A stretch of DNA of 64,000 nt from Schizochytrium sp. TIO01 (lineage: Eukaryota; Protista; Bigyra: Labyrinthulomycetes), in contig SMSO01000032.1 in NCBI GenBank assembly GCA_004764695.1, positions 6,480,483 to 6,544,482 of the forward strand. Reading direction: 5' to 3'. The translations under genes and the position numbers were made by a program. The notes below the pieces were generated by a model. That model did no database searches, was not told the origin of the DNA, and was given only the letters and a program-made list of their open reading frames with translations. Below are positions 30,524-44,054 of the stretch, one piece after another; within the stretch, counting starts at the first letter, position 1, and the number at the start of each line of letters is the position of its first letter.

Positions 30524-31749
30524 TCTAGACTGACAGACTGACAGACTCAGCGCCTCCGTGGACGATCGTTCGATGGCGCAGGCCTCTTCTCGCACGCTTA
30601 TTGCAGGCAGAGGACGTCCTTTCCTGCGTCCGCCTGCGCTGCTCTCGCCTCCTGCCTTTTCCTCTCTATCCAATTTCCTCCTTATTCCTTCTTCCGAAGA
30701 GATGACTTCGAAAGAAATCAGGAAAAACTTTCACATATTATGAAGAGCTGTGCATACCAAATTGAAAACACTAACCAAAAAAACATTGCATCATGCTCTC
30801 ACTACTGTGTAGGACACCGCTAGGCCCTTCTAACCTCCCCTTCAAATAAATTTTCTTGTTTCCCCCCCTAAGACCTACGTATCGATCTCTAGCTACAGTT
30901 GGAGAGTGGGTACTTCTACTGCAAAACATATTTGCGACAGGTAGCAGAGCGGGATGTTCCAGAGCCACCACCACTGGAGTCCACTAGTCGTAGTGGTGTT
31001 GGTCGAAGATAAATCTATTTTTACGTAAATTAATTCTGATAAGAGGGGTTGGGAGGAGTGATCGCAGAGGTAGTGAATGCGGTTGTGTTCGACGTTATTA
31101 GCGGGGTGAGGACTTGACTCTTGCAGAGGAGATAAGAGGGGTGTTGTAAGAACGCTGTAGGTATTTGTTCTGTTTGTTTATCTGAGGGGAAGAAGAGAAG
31201 GGATGGGAAAAGAAAATGAATGATCCCTCGAGCTAATCAGCAATTTAACCGTGTGCTGGTGCTCATGACATTACATTTGCATGACATGCCATGCATGTCC
31301 GTGAGTTCACTCGGCTGCTCTTTGAGAGCTGCGACTAGGCGGGAATTGCGAAATTATGAGGCTTCTCTCGCGGAAGAGGCTGTCGTTCGTAAATTACGCA
31401 ACGGTATCGGTCGCATCTCAGCATGTGCTGTCCGCTTTCAGGAGAAATCCTCATTTCACTATTTTTGGAATTTTATTCTTTGAAGCCAAAAGAGCTTTGA
31501 AAACTGATCCTCAAAAAAAATAAAAATATAGAGAGATGAGATAAACATGGAGATGTTCTTCTTTCAAGGTACTAAGTGCTCTATATTTGGGACTAGGCTA
31601 TCGAAGAGAACGTCGCAAAGAACGCGAGTTTCTTTGTTTCTTTCTTTTCACTAGTGACAAAAATAGTATATAATGAAAAGAAATTGCTGATCATTAGGTT
31701 TCTTTTAAACTTTCTTTACGATTAATTTTCCTTTAATTTAATTTGAAAT

Positions 31750-31803
31750 AAAAAGAAAAAAGAAAAAGAAAAAAGAAAAAAGAAAAAAGAAAAAAGAAAA
31801 AAG
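31750..31803. repeat. (GAAAAAA)n heptamer tandem repeat
   Basis: About 7 units, one shortened. Confidence 0.9.
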
Positions 31804-34800
31804 AGAGGTCCATGTATCGAAAGCAATAGAACGAGACTTAGATATTTCTGCCACGGTTACCTATATCAAAACAGAAGAACAGCGAAATAGAAAATAGCAT
31901 GTTTTTTTAAATTAGGGGTGTTCTTCTTTTTTTATCTTCTTGCACTGTTATGAATACCAGTAGGTGCAATGATAGCTCAGGTGCAGAAAACTTACTTACT
32001 CTAGCATAAGTTATTACCCACACAGGCCTAAATCAGCGCATGCAACAGAGGACAGCGCAACTCTATCGTGACCTTCGCTCCAGTGTTGTATCAGATTGAA
32101 CTTTGTGATAACTCGGTGAGCAAAGACCAGAGATCTGCAAAGCTTCATAAAATTAAGGCTGCGATAATACCGAGGTCACCTTGCCCAATGGCTTTCTTGA
32201 TGATTTCTACAGCTCGAGTGTTGCACGAAGAGCCTGACTTCTTCTCAGATTTCCTGCTTCAGAAGTACAATAGATATACTGTGGCCTCCTGGTTTCTTCT
32301 CGTTTTTGCACTGTGAAGATCTGTCTCCACTATTATCTGATGAGAACTTCTGCTGTAACTCGCAGTGCCTCTTTCGTAGATTACTCTGAAGCCAAGATTT
32401 TTAGTCTTAGAGCTGTATTCCTTTCTTAAAACTAGATGAAATCGGGTGATGCCTTATAAAGGCGGTTTCTTCTCCTCATACCACACTGGTGAGGATGGTG
32501 GCAGTGGTGATCGTCTGTGATGAAACCAGTGGCAGTGAGGAGATAAAGGCGGAAGGAAAAAAACTTAGTTAGGGAAAGAGGTTTAAAAACAAGGCATTTA
32601 AAAGAGATTTTTTTTTTTAATAAATAAAGAATGTTTCATCTTGGAATGAACACACTCCTTCTCCAATAAAAAATAAAATAAAAATTGATAGTATTTTTAA
32701 AACTAAAACCGACGTACCTCGTGTATTCTTTTCATTGGTAATTTTCTTTTGCTTCTTAAAACTAAAGAGTGGAAACTTGTAAAAGAGAAGAACATCCTTA
32801 GATTTTCTGTCTGTCCGCACAGCTAATCTGCGATGGATGTTCCACGCAATTGAAGCATTCTTCTGCGAATACCTGTCCATACCTGCAGCGCCATGACTTC
32901 AAAGCAGCGTTACTGCCATCGAAAGACCCATTCTGCCACGCGAGGTGCTCTAAGCCCTCTCCAGAATTACACGCGGCGATGTGGCAAAGATTGATCTGTT
33001 TCCACAATGCCTTTCCTTAAGGAGAGCAGCGTCTACCCATTTCCCTAATCCCTCCTAGCTGCTCTGCTTGCTTCCTTCAAAGCTCGTCTCTGCTATGTAG
33101 CGGCGTACATACTCCTACTCAAGCAGGCACCCCTGCTTTTTCCCTTCTGTTCTACTTTTCAGCTGTTCTCTTTTCCGCCGAAGGTGTTTGTTCTGAGTTC
33201 GAGTAATCGCGCACACTCGACCCTCTCAAGGACCACGTACGTACTGCTTTTATATCTACAGATTGGGCCAGAAAGTCTTTCAAAACAGCCATCTTCTGTG
33301 AAGCAGCCATAGTAAGTACGCTTCAATAGTGCCTCTTCTGCTTCGCTCGCCTCGGTTTCAGCCTCAGAGATTCCTCATCATCAGTTACACGGAGAAGCAC
33401 GGGCTGGACTACCAGTTATCCCTATCTGCGCCTACGCGCGGTGGCCTTCTTTTTTTCCCTTCGCAGCCGCACGCTTCATTGCCCTTGGCATATCTAAGAT
33501 AGATAGAGAGGTTCATGATTCGTGAAAGACTATTCAAGGTTTTTGGTCTTGAGAGAAGCCGGGGGTCGTAAACGTGGCTGAGGCTGGATACAGCAACCAA
33601 GGCCGCAGCTGCTTTGCTTTGAAGACAGCTATTCTTTCTGCGAAACCATGCTTGTCTTGCACCTTGTATCAATCCACCTGTCGATCTATCCGAGCTGCAG
33701 TCTTCAGGTTATTCGATCATCTACGAGAGGAGCAGGTGTGCTATATACAGTTAGTTAGTGGCTAAGTAGGCCTGCTCAGTGTTTTCTGCTCTTTCTGCAA
33801 CAGTCTGCTTCGAATTGAATTTGGTGAATTAATTGATCAATTTATTGGCCTCAGCTCCAATTAGGCCTTCCATACGAAAGCAGGATCGAAGCGACTTTGA
33901 TCGTGGCATACAGTAGGTCTGTTTCATGTCGTCACCGATGATGATGACGATTAGGCCTGATTCTTAGTTTTTCAATACTACTGCTTTTCATTGAAGATTT
34001 AATAAAAACCTTTGGAGAATAGCGGAGAGGAAACGAAAGAAAGATAGAAAAAGCGCTAAAGGCCTCAGCTAGAAGCCTCATCAGGATCGACCCACCTTCG
34101 TTCGATCGATCGAAGCAAGTGCTCTAAAGCTTGTCGCCTCTTCTTCTTCTTCTTCTTGTTCTTTTCCTTTCAAGGTGCCTGAGGTTGTTGACGTGCGTCC
34201 AACCGACTCTGAGTCTGTCTCCGGCGCTGTTTCTGAGCCTTTGTCGGCGGGTCTTCGCTTCTTCGTTTCTGCGCGCTCGATCATTCATTCTTCTTCCGCG
34301 CGGATTTTCCTTTTCTTCTTTCCGCTTCGTTTCAACAAACGAATTGTGCGCACAGACGAAAGCCATTAATTACTGCTATTGATGAAAGAAAAGAAAGAGG
34401 ACGGGAAAAAAGAGGACGGGGAGAAAGGAAGACGGATGGAAGGACTATTAAATTAAAATAGAATGTGTTTTAATTTAAAGAAAAGAGAAAGTGGGAAAAG
34501 CGGCGCTCTTTTGCTTTCGGGTCCGCACCAAAGCTGCATCGCGCCTCTGATGAAGTGACTTTACTGGCTTGGTTGGATGCGTTCATGAACCGAGAGGGCC
34601 TTAAAAAGGCGCTCTTCTCTACTCAGAGGCTGACAGGTCGATTTGAGGTCTTTTTCTAGTATATCAATTAGAAAAAGGTTCTGTTCATCATATCAACGAA
34701 CATGTTTCATGCTATTGCTTTTATAATTAAACTAGATATTTTTTGTTTAATTAAAAATAATTAAAATCTTTACCTCCGTAGAGATAACAGCACCTACCTA

Positions 34801-37683
34801 CCCGGTAAGGTATATGAAAGATAATCTCCGTTTGTATGTTCTATTTTGGGTGCTCTTCTTTATTCATGGTTATATATTCCTCTATGATAAATAAGCAAGT
34901 GAGGGGGGGGTTAAGATACTCTTTAGCTAGCTTGCTCTCTCTAGAGTGTTTTGAGGTGATTCTCATAAAATCAAAATTGAAAGGTTCTAGTAGTAATGCT
35001 AAAAAAATAAAGAAGAGATTAAAGATTACTTTTTTAATTTGAAAAAGCCATTTTGAATATTGAAATAATAAGTAGGTGCTTATGGGTTTCTGGTAAACAG
35101 TAAAATAGAACACCCCTTTTGATTTATATTGAGAGTCCTGCAGAGAACAGAACGGTCTGTATGAACTATTAGAACTTATACAACCTCCATTTGAGTGATA
35201 TACTATTTTACTTTACTTATTCAGGTCTTCGTCAAGGAGCGGAGGCGAGGTAAGAAAATGGCATGGCGAAGGATCCACCGAGCTCCAAACAGCACATCCA
35301 AGTGAATCAAGCCTACAATTCACGTCATCATCAAAGTACTTCAGCCGGAAGCTTTGCGTCTCAGCATGTGCCTTTGGGCACTTTCCGGGAGGCAATCTCA
35401 TAGACACGCGCGACGACGTCGAGGGCATCCATCCAAGTCTGCGGCGCCGGCGAGCGGCGTCACTGGCCATACTGCGCCGTAGTGAGTGTGTGCTCCGCCA
35501 GGAATTTCAATGCCAGATTGGTGACTGACATTCCAGCAAGCCGAGGCTCTCGGGTGCCCGCAAAGAACGCACACAGGTGCATTGCCGATGGTGACGTTCA
35601 CTCACGCCGCCAGGGGCGTACCTATCGAAGGACACGCTGCAAGAGCTGTCTTTGATCGCACTCCGTCACCATAATTGCGAAGCACCTTTTATGGGATGGT
35701 CCGATTGAAGCAAGAAACTGAAAGAAGGAAGGAAAGAAAGAAAGACCGCGATTATCGCAGAAAGCACAGCGATGACGACGATGATGCGGCAGCGAGTCCT
35801 TTCAGACAGTCTGCAGCGGGCGGTACGATAGGCGCGCTGCTATCATGTCGGCGAGCGAAACCCAGCAGACGAGCACAGCTCGGGGCCGCCACAGGCCTTG
35901 GCAGCTAGCTAGTTAGCTGTCGCTCCCACGCACGCCTCAACGCAAGAACGCGGAGACCAACTCATAAGCTGTCTCGCGGGCTGGCTGAGCACGCACCTGT
36001 CCTACTGATTGCTTGTGGCTGGTGGGGGACGAACCAGTACGTCTCTCGTGGTTTCATCATCTCAGCTGTTGCACACTTACGCTGAAGAAGAAGAAGAAGA
36101 AGAAGATGACGATGCTGACGATGACGATGGCGATGACCTCTGACCTGGATTACTTGGAATGGACCTCGCGAGATGCGCCAAGAAAGCTTGGAACAAGCGG
36201 CTCCTGCTCGAGCTATGTAGCTGTCTGCCTGTCTAACTGTCTGTCCATATATTTGTTTATCTAAATATCTGCCTTGGATTTCCCACGAAAGAGCTCAAAA
36301 CATACCCAGACGAGCTCAGGGAAGGGCCAGAAGGAAGAAGTCCGCGCTGTCCCGAGTCTGTCCTCGAAGAGGTTTTTGTTGTCAGTTAGTCAGTCAGTCG
36401 TTGGTTTCATCAATGATTGATTGTAAATTTGAGAGTTGCCCTTTCTTCCTGTCTAATACTTCTTCCTTTCCTCCACTCCGTGTCCTCTTGATTGTATAAA
36501 TCTTGTATCTATCTATGTATTCTAAATATAAATATATGTGCCTCTGTGTGTGTCTATCTCATCATCTCTGTATAGTAGGGCTTTGGATTTATGGGCACCA
36601 CAACGAGAGCGGCAATTTCCTCCTCCGCACTCTCGTCTTCCGCATTCGCATTGCTTTGGTAGCTCCGGTTCTTCTGCACTCGCTCGCCACTTTCGCCGAC
36701 TGCCTGCTACGTTGCGCGCTGTCAGGGCCGTTGTAGCTCGTTTGGGAGCAGCGCCGCGAGCGGAGCGGGCATCGGTTGCCACAGACATGTGCTCGTGCTG
36801 CTTCGCAAGCAGCAAATCCAGAGCATGACTGACAGCAGACCTTGGTTGAAGAAGTGAAGTGCTGAGGGCCGTAGCTGCGGAGCTGCGTGCCCTGTTGGTA
36901 CCTTTGGAGCTGCCGTTCAGTTGTAGATTTCTTGTCTCTGGGTCTTCGGCTCGCTCGTCCTTGTGCGAATTTCGAGGCTCCAAATTTGGGTGCATTCAAT
37001 AGCGCGAAATTTGAAGGGTATATTCAATGAAGCAGGCTTTGTGAAGACAGCTTTCTTCGCGAGAATAAGCCAAGACGGTCGATCAATGCACTGCTCGCGG
37101 CTTGAAAGCGTGTACATATATACATTCGTTTCTCCGTGATTGGCTACCTTCGTAGCAGAAGCTGTTCGAGGCTTGTTTAATAAAACAAACATGCGTCGAA
37201 GGCTTGGAATTTGGTCTTCCACCGATAGAATCTGCTTGGTCTGCGTCGCAAAGATGTCGATGATCTGATGTGCCGCCCAATTCGAAAGCCATCACCGCGA
37301 GTTCTCAAGCCATGTCTTGGACGAGAGGCTAACTTGAGCTCAGGTTTCATTGGCAAGTTTTGTAGTTCTGGGGAGCACACCAGCAGCTGTCAACCGACTC
37401 AAGCCACAATTACGAGATAGGTAAGTAGGTAGGTCCTGTCCGTCGTAGCATCCGCATGCACTTCAGGATCACATTGCACACGTGCCCCAGTGTTTCCTTC
37501 AACCAGCTGCTCCTCCATCCACGCGATCAACCAATCGATCGATCATCCACTTTGGCCGTGTTTGAGTTCGATTCCGTGTGCATGGATAGGTATGTGTATT
37601 CAACTTTGAATTCGAAACTTGAATTCGAACCCTCTGTTCTCTCTGTTCTCTCTGTTCTTTCTCAGCCTCTTTTGAACAAATAG

Positions 37684-37900
37684 ACAGTCAGTCAGTCAGT
37701 CAGTCAGTCAGTCGGTCGGTCAGTCAATAGGAACGTCGAAAGTTCTGCTCTCTCTTCCTACCAAATCTGCCTCTAATTTTAAAGATAAAGCGCTCAATCG
37801 ATCCCTCCTTCGATCAATCAATCAATCAATCAATCAATCGATCGATCGATCAATCAATCAAATGATCAGTCAATCGATCAATCAATCGATCAATCGATCA
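37684..37900. repeat. Compound (CAGT)n / (CAAT)n / (CGAT)n tetranucleotide arrays
   Basis: CAGT/CGGT run at 37684-37726; interleaved CAAT/CGAT run at ~37810-37900. Confidence 0.9.
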
Positions 37901-40900
37901 AGCGCTCAATCTCACCCACCCAAGAAATTAGACAAATAAACAAATAAATAGTAGATAAATAAGTAAATAAGTAAACATATAAATAACGGCGAAGCAAGCT
38001 AGCTGACTCGAGCGGAGTCAGGGGCGGCTTCGGGCCATTCTGCAGAGGCCTCGGATCAATCCGCGTTGCCGCGGCTGCTTGCACGAGGAGGAGCCTGGCC
38101 GGCCACGCTCCCTTCGACTTTGGATGATTGATTGATGCTTGCTTTGGCAAACGTATGCAGAGAGCGCTTCTTTCCTTCTTTCCCTTTTCATTTATTTGTT
38201 CCTCTCAGATAATAGGCCTTACCTAAGCTAGCTAGCTATCTTACTAACTAACTCACTATAACTAACTAACTAACTGACTGACTAACTAACAGCTCACCTA
38301 GAGAATTGTGGCTTTCTGCTCATCTCGAAATCGCTCCACCGTCATCTCGCGGCAGAAAGGGGCCGAGGCTTCGAGACGGGAGGTGAACACGAGGCGAAGC
38401 TGGCCAGAGGCTCTGCCGCCCCAATCGAATGGAGGCCTTCCTTCGTCTGCGACTGAGCGCCGGTCGCCCTTTTCGTGATCTCCAGTTCCACCATCGTGTT
38501 TTCGCCTCTGTCTGCGAGTAACATATGTTTTATTACAGTTATTCCTATAGTCCTTGTTATTAAAAGTTCTGAATAGAATAAGTTGTCAAAAACAATCGAT
38601 ACATACATACTTCAAAACCCTTTTTGTGAATTGAACCATTAATAGCGCTCCTTACGAATACTAATAATACTAACACAAGGAAAGAAGAGAAGGGAAGAGA
38701 AGAGAAGAGCGATGATGAATGAAGATCGGGCGGAGTTTGCTTTCTTTTCTGTCGGAAATTTTAGGCCCTGCGAAAGCGGCCAAGCAAAGCAAGAAGGCGG
38801 AGGCTTCTTTGCCCGAATGTTGAGGTTCTGGTAATTTATTGTTGTATTCTTTGTATTTTAATAATTTAAATTTTTATAAGTTTATTTTGGTTGATGAATT
38901 TTATTTTTTATGGTTTTTGATTTTTTTTGTAATAATTGATGTTTCAACTTTCTGTGTTGATTCTGCAGCAGAGCAAAGAACTGGAGAAGCTTGAGACGAC
39001 CGCGTGTTTTAACGGCCTCTTCGAAGTGCGGCAGAGCCTTTGATCTTCGGCATCAGCGGTGACGACTTTTGAATGGATTCGGAGCGTTAGAACCTGTGCA
39101 GTTACACAGTTCGATACGTATCAATTCCATCGTCTCGATGGCCTCTTTTTTCCCTCTCCGTTCGTACCTTTGAGATAGATAGATAGACAGATAGGTACTT
39201 TACTTAACTTCCCCTATTTCCAATGCTCATTCAAATGCCCTCCGTCTTCTAAGGCTTTGTTTGGGGCTCCTTTATTCGGGAGCGGTTTCAAGAAGCCTTC
39301 GAAGGTCTATTCGAAGATGCCCTTTTCCCTCTTCACGTGAATGCACGTTTGTCTGCGGTTTCGCAGCCTCGCGAAACCGCCCTTCAACTGCAGAAATTGA
39401 AGCAAAGGCCTCCGACAGACTACTCTAAAAGAGCAACATAGTTGAGTAGCTAGCCAATAAGCCTAATGAGCCTGCCGCCGCTCTTGGCTGCTGGCAACTG
39501 ACTTTAAAAAAAATTGAGTGATAGCAGTTAAAGCTCTGAGAAGAGGACGTACTTGTTGCTCCGTGGGCACGTGCTTACGCGCGAAGGCACAGATATGTGG
39601 AGCCATTCTCGTGTTTGTATCTGTGTGAGTTCTTCGTCATGGTATCCCAAGCACTCGTGGTCGTGAAACCTCGTTTAGTTTCGAAGCTGGGCTTGCTTGA
39701 AAACTAAAACCTAAACCAAAACATTATCGACAGCCTGAATTACTTTTATTCATTCTTCAGTGAAAGTTCTTTGGAATATGCATAATATATCGCCACGACC
39801 TGAAAAGGGGGAAATAAAAGACTGCCAGAATTCTAAACTCTCGCGAGGGTACTGTTTTTTTTTCAAGTGGGAAAACGATGTGAACGAAGCAAGCACTTGA
39901 TCCTTCTCTATGCAGGTCTGAAGCCTGGCGTCGTCCTAATTCAAGGCAGCGCTGGCACGATATGGAGCTAATTCATAGGGCTGAGTGCCGGAATTCCGTG
40001 CGAATCTTTCCTTTTCGTTCGTTTCTTCGATTACAAGAAAACGCTTTCGATCGTTCCAAAACAAAGTATTTTCGTCATCGTACCTCAGAAAAAGTCAAAA
40101 CAGAAAGAAATGAAGAAAGAACGCACCTGCGGAAACAAAAACACTAAACGCGTTCTATTCATTAACCAGAAAGTGGTAGTTTGAAGCCGCCTAGCTACCT
40201 AATTCAATGGTGGAGAACAGCTGTTGGTCGGTGCCTGGTCGTCCCACAGCTCAGCTTTGTAATCCTCTCCAGTGGAAGACTGCGAGGAAAAGCGCGCGCA
40301 CTCTGTCTGTGATTACTCCCTTTTCACATTTTTACCCCGCAGCTTGGGCCTCGGCGCGGTGGTCTAAATTTGACAAGGATTGAAAGAGAAAAATGTGCAG
40401 GTGCCCCTGGTCTCCGCTTTTCTACTCCTCAATCCATCCATTTGGACCTGCCTGCCACGTGCGTCATAGATGCCCACGTCGCTTGAATCGCAGCCCTCCT
40501 TCGCCTCGAAGTCCTAGACTCCGTCATGATTACCAACCGGCTGCAGCTTCGCACCACCAAGATTATCTATCGCCTCCACGGTAGTCTACTTTTCTTGATA
40601 TATTTGTTTATTTATTTATTTATTATTTATTTATTTATTTATTTGCTTGGCTTGCTTTCTCTGCCTTTCTTGCTTCCTTCCTGCACGCAGAAGCAACCTA
40701 ACGAGCTGTTTGTTCTAGTTTCGCCGCACCCACAGCTTGCAGCTATCCGCCCCGCACTCCCGCGCGACCCTCCCAGTGATTCGGCTATGTGGGGTGTGCT
40801 AACTGCTGCTGTGGGCTTCTCAAGTGCCAGCGGTTGCTCTGCTGAGCATGCTGTTGCTCGTGCTGTTTATTTGTTTGTTGTCCGCAAAGCTAGCTCTGCA

Positions 40901-41105
40901 GACTCCGGCTGCCTTCTTTGCCTTCTTCGCTTCTTCGAGACGCCCCCAAAAGCGTGCCCAGGCCGAGCGCGGGAGGCTTACTCCGCGGGTGTTCCTCCCG
41001 TCTCCGGAGGCAGAGAAGGCGGGTGGTGGAGGAGCGACTGATTGATTCTGAGGAGTCCGTGCACAGAATTCTCCCGTGGATTCCTCACTTGTGTCGAGAT
41101 GTCTT

Positions 41106-41233
41106 TTTGTTTGTTTGTTTGTTTGTTTGTTTGTTTGTTTGTTTGTTTGTTTGTTTGTTTGTTTGTTTGTTTGTTTGTTTGTTTGTTTGTTTGTTTGTTT
41201 GTTTGTTTGTTTGTTTGTTTGTTTGTTTGTTTG
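41106..41233. repeat. (GTTT)n perfect microsatellite
   Basis: About 32 perfect units; it produces the spurious LFVC-repeat ORFs. Confidence 0.97.
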
Positions 41234-43989
41234 TCGCTGACGAGAAGGAAGCAGCGCCCAGCTAGCAGCCCAGTAGGCGTAAGACTAGGCCCGCCTGCTG
41301 CCTGGCTGGTTGACTTGCAGCAATAGGAGTGCCGGTAGTGCCAGTTAGTATTAGTATTTGAAAAGAGTGTTTGTCTTTCTTTTTTTTTTTTTTTTTTTTT
41401 TTTTTTCTTTTTTTTTCTTTTTTTCTTTCTTTCTTGCTATTTGTTGTTTTTGCGCTTCCTTTTCTTGGCCTTTGACTCCGTCTGCGTAGGAGGGGAAAAG
41501 CCCTGAGACCCTGAGCAGAAGCTGCAAAGAAGCTGCAAAGAAGCTGCATAGGAAGACTTTTCGATTGCGCTCTCTACGCGAACACTTGAAAGGTCGGCGG
41601 CCAAGTGGAACTGAAGTCCAAGCAAGACCGAAGAATTTTAGAGACAAAAGCAAACTCATTACAATTTTTAATTTTGTTTTGGCTACCGAAATCAATCAAT
41701 CTATAAAAACCAACACAAACAAACCAACCAACTATATAAAAATAAACAAGTAACTAAACGAAACTAGCCTAATCAAACAGCTATCGGAAATCTAAAAGGA
41801 AACAATAGCAAAAGCTGGAAAACACACAAAAAGAAAGGGAATGATCGAAATCCTGTCCTGCCTGCCATACGTCCCTGTCTTCGCCGCATGGCAGGCCGCC
41901 ACAACGCACGTTATCTGATGGATCCTTCGACGATCAGGGCTGTTTAATTAAGGTCGCCAGCCCGCTTGAATTGAATTCTGTGTGCTGCTTTGAAACTACG
42001 CTTGGACGTGACATTAGAGCGCAACGCGAGAATCGCACGGGTCCTCCCCTATGGATGGATGAATGAGCAGTTTCCCTCTGAACCTCACGGAAGACATTCG
42101 ATTTTTAAAAGGGCCTGCCTGTACAAAGTAATTTAAGATCAGTTCAATCTATTAGTGAAGAATTTGATCGAAACAGTGAGTTCAAACTGTATCTCGAATC
42201 GTGTAGCAGGGTCTGCTTTCTCGCCGTCTCTAGCCTTGAGCGACTATCGATCTATCTTTCCATCGTCATGTAGTCATTTGACTTTTATTGGCAAATTATT
42301 CAAACGCACAGGTATAATTCACTCTTTTCACGACTTTTTTTGTTTGTTTTTGCTTTTATTAATTGTTTGCCGATTGGTACTTTGTTTCCTTCTTTTTCTA
42401 TTTTGTTTTAATTGAAACTAAGCCTTGCAGGTTGGTTAATGACTAAATCCATTAAAAGCATTAGTCAGATTAGGCTACTTCGAAAGCTTTTATCTGTCTC
42501 CTGCCTCTAGAGTAAAAATACCAGAGTCAAAATCATCGATTGAGAGTGACAGGAAAAGAGAACAGAAATAGGAATGGAGTAGAATGAAATAAAAACTTTC
42601 AAACGATGAACACCTGCTGCTGCAAGAGAACAGCAAGGCTAGCTAGGCCTTCAAGAGAGTGCTAGCTTTCGTGCTATCAGCCTCGGTTACCTCTGATTGT
42701 TTGGATTTAAGGTCTTCGCCGCATGCGTTTGTTTTGAAAAAGTTTGCCTGTTATCGCCAATCTGCGCTTGGAGCTGATTGAGATCTTCCCAATGCTTCTA
42801 AACAAACTCAATCAATGTCTTTGCCTCACAGACGCTTTCTCGTCGTTACTGTCTCGCGATGCCTCTCTTTTTCATCTCCCTGTTTATTTATTGATCGATA
42901 GATCGATTGATTGATTTAGTCATTCATTCATCTGTTCTATTTGCACTACTATGTGTTAGCATAGCGGCATGATAAGGTGTGTTCTTTGCGGCGTTGGCGT
43001 GTTCTTCGCTCAGGCGTTCTGCGAATCCCCACCTTTTGCCTCTCCGCAGAACGCGCTGTTTTTTATCGGGCATGTCTGTTTCTTTGTTTATTTGTTTGTT
43101 TGTTTGTTTGTTGATACATGCGCGTATCTATTTACCTGGCCACAGATACTGCGTTTGGCCAAAGCGCGGATAGCTTCGGAAGGGTTCATCGCGTACGATG
43201 GCACTTCCGAGGAAGATTTCAGCCAATCCAAAGCAATTCTCGCGTCGGAGTCGCTTCTTGCCGTAGACCGGATCATACAAATTTTCCCATCCTTCATATG
43301 CTAATTTCCATCATGGCAACGGCCAGGTCGTTAGTATTTGGAGCATAGCGGTTCGAATCCTATCCTGCTAAGAACGTTCATAAACCCGCAGCAGGCGCTT
43401 GGAACGGCCTGCGGAGCTAAGGTGGCGATGATGATGATGACGAGGGTACATACTTACTTCTATCAGTTTGGGTTAGAAGGGGCATAGAAGTGGGCTCGTC
43501 AGCGGATGAAGTGTGTACCTCCTGCTGGAGTAAGCGATATCTACCCACTGGACTAGGCGTTCTTTTCGTGTGGAACGGAGAACAAATAAAATGTGGGGCG
43601 GTTGTGGAGTTTTGGTTAGCGACTTGGTTGCTCATTCAGGCTGGAAATTCGAGGCAAAAGCTCTCGATCAGCTCGCGTTTCTGCATGCTTGCAAGCGTGC
43701 GAACCCGCGCATGATCACATATTTGAACATTACTTTGAGAGGCCTCAACACGAAATGCATAGTTCAGGTTGGTTTGATACTATACAAAGCTGCCATTGAC
43801 TGAGTGACGACGATGGCGGCGATCCTCATCGTTCTTGTTATTAGGTTCGAAGGAAATGGAGCGCCGTGAAAACCAGGGCTAGAAAAGACAAAGAGGCGAA
43901 CCTGAACGAAGCAATTGAAGACTTCGTTTCCACCAACGTGAGCAGCGGTCTTTCAAGACTCGGCTTCAAGCAGAGATGCCTAGTGAGCA

Positions 43990-44054
43990 AACCTAACCTA
44001 ACCTAACCTAACCTAACCTAAACTAGACTAACCTAACCTAACCTAACCTAACCT
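43990..44054. repeat. (CCTAA)n = (TTAGG)n telomere-like pentamer array, interstitial
   Basis: About 13 units, two degenerate (AACTA, GACTA). Confidence 0.9.

Noticed and set aside
30790-31110. Possible degenerate long inverted repeat (MITE-like)
   Set aside because: Only short patchy complementarity, explained by a C-rich block followed by a G-rich block; no TIR or TSD.
35213-37380. Cluster of overlapping 70-157 aa ORFs in a GC-rich block of the gene-free region
   Set aside because: No motif, no dominant frame, and Arg/Ser/Ala-rich composition typical of non-coding GC-rich DNA.
40526-41695. ORFs with LFVC/FIYL/poly-K repeats
   Set aside because: Products of (GTTT)n, (TATT)n and poly-T microsatellites.
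43320-43370. GGTTCGAATCC, a tRNA T-loop/B-box-like sequence
   Set aside because: No 5-bp T stem, acceptor stem or properly spaced D and anticodon arms can be built.
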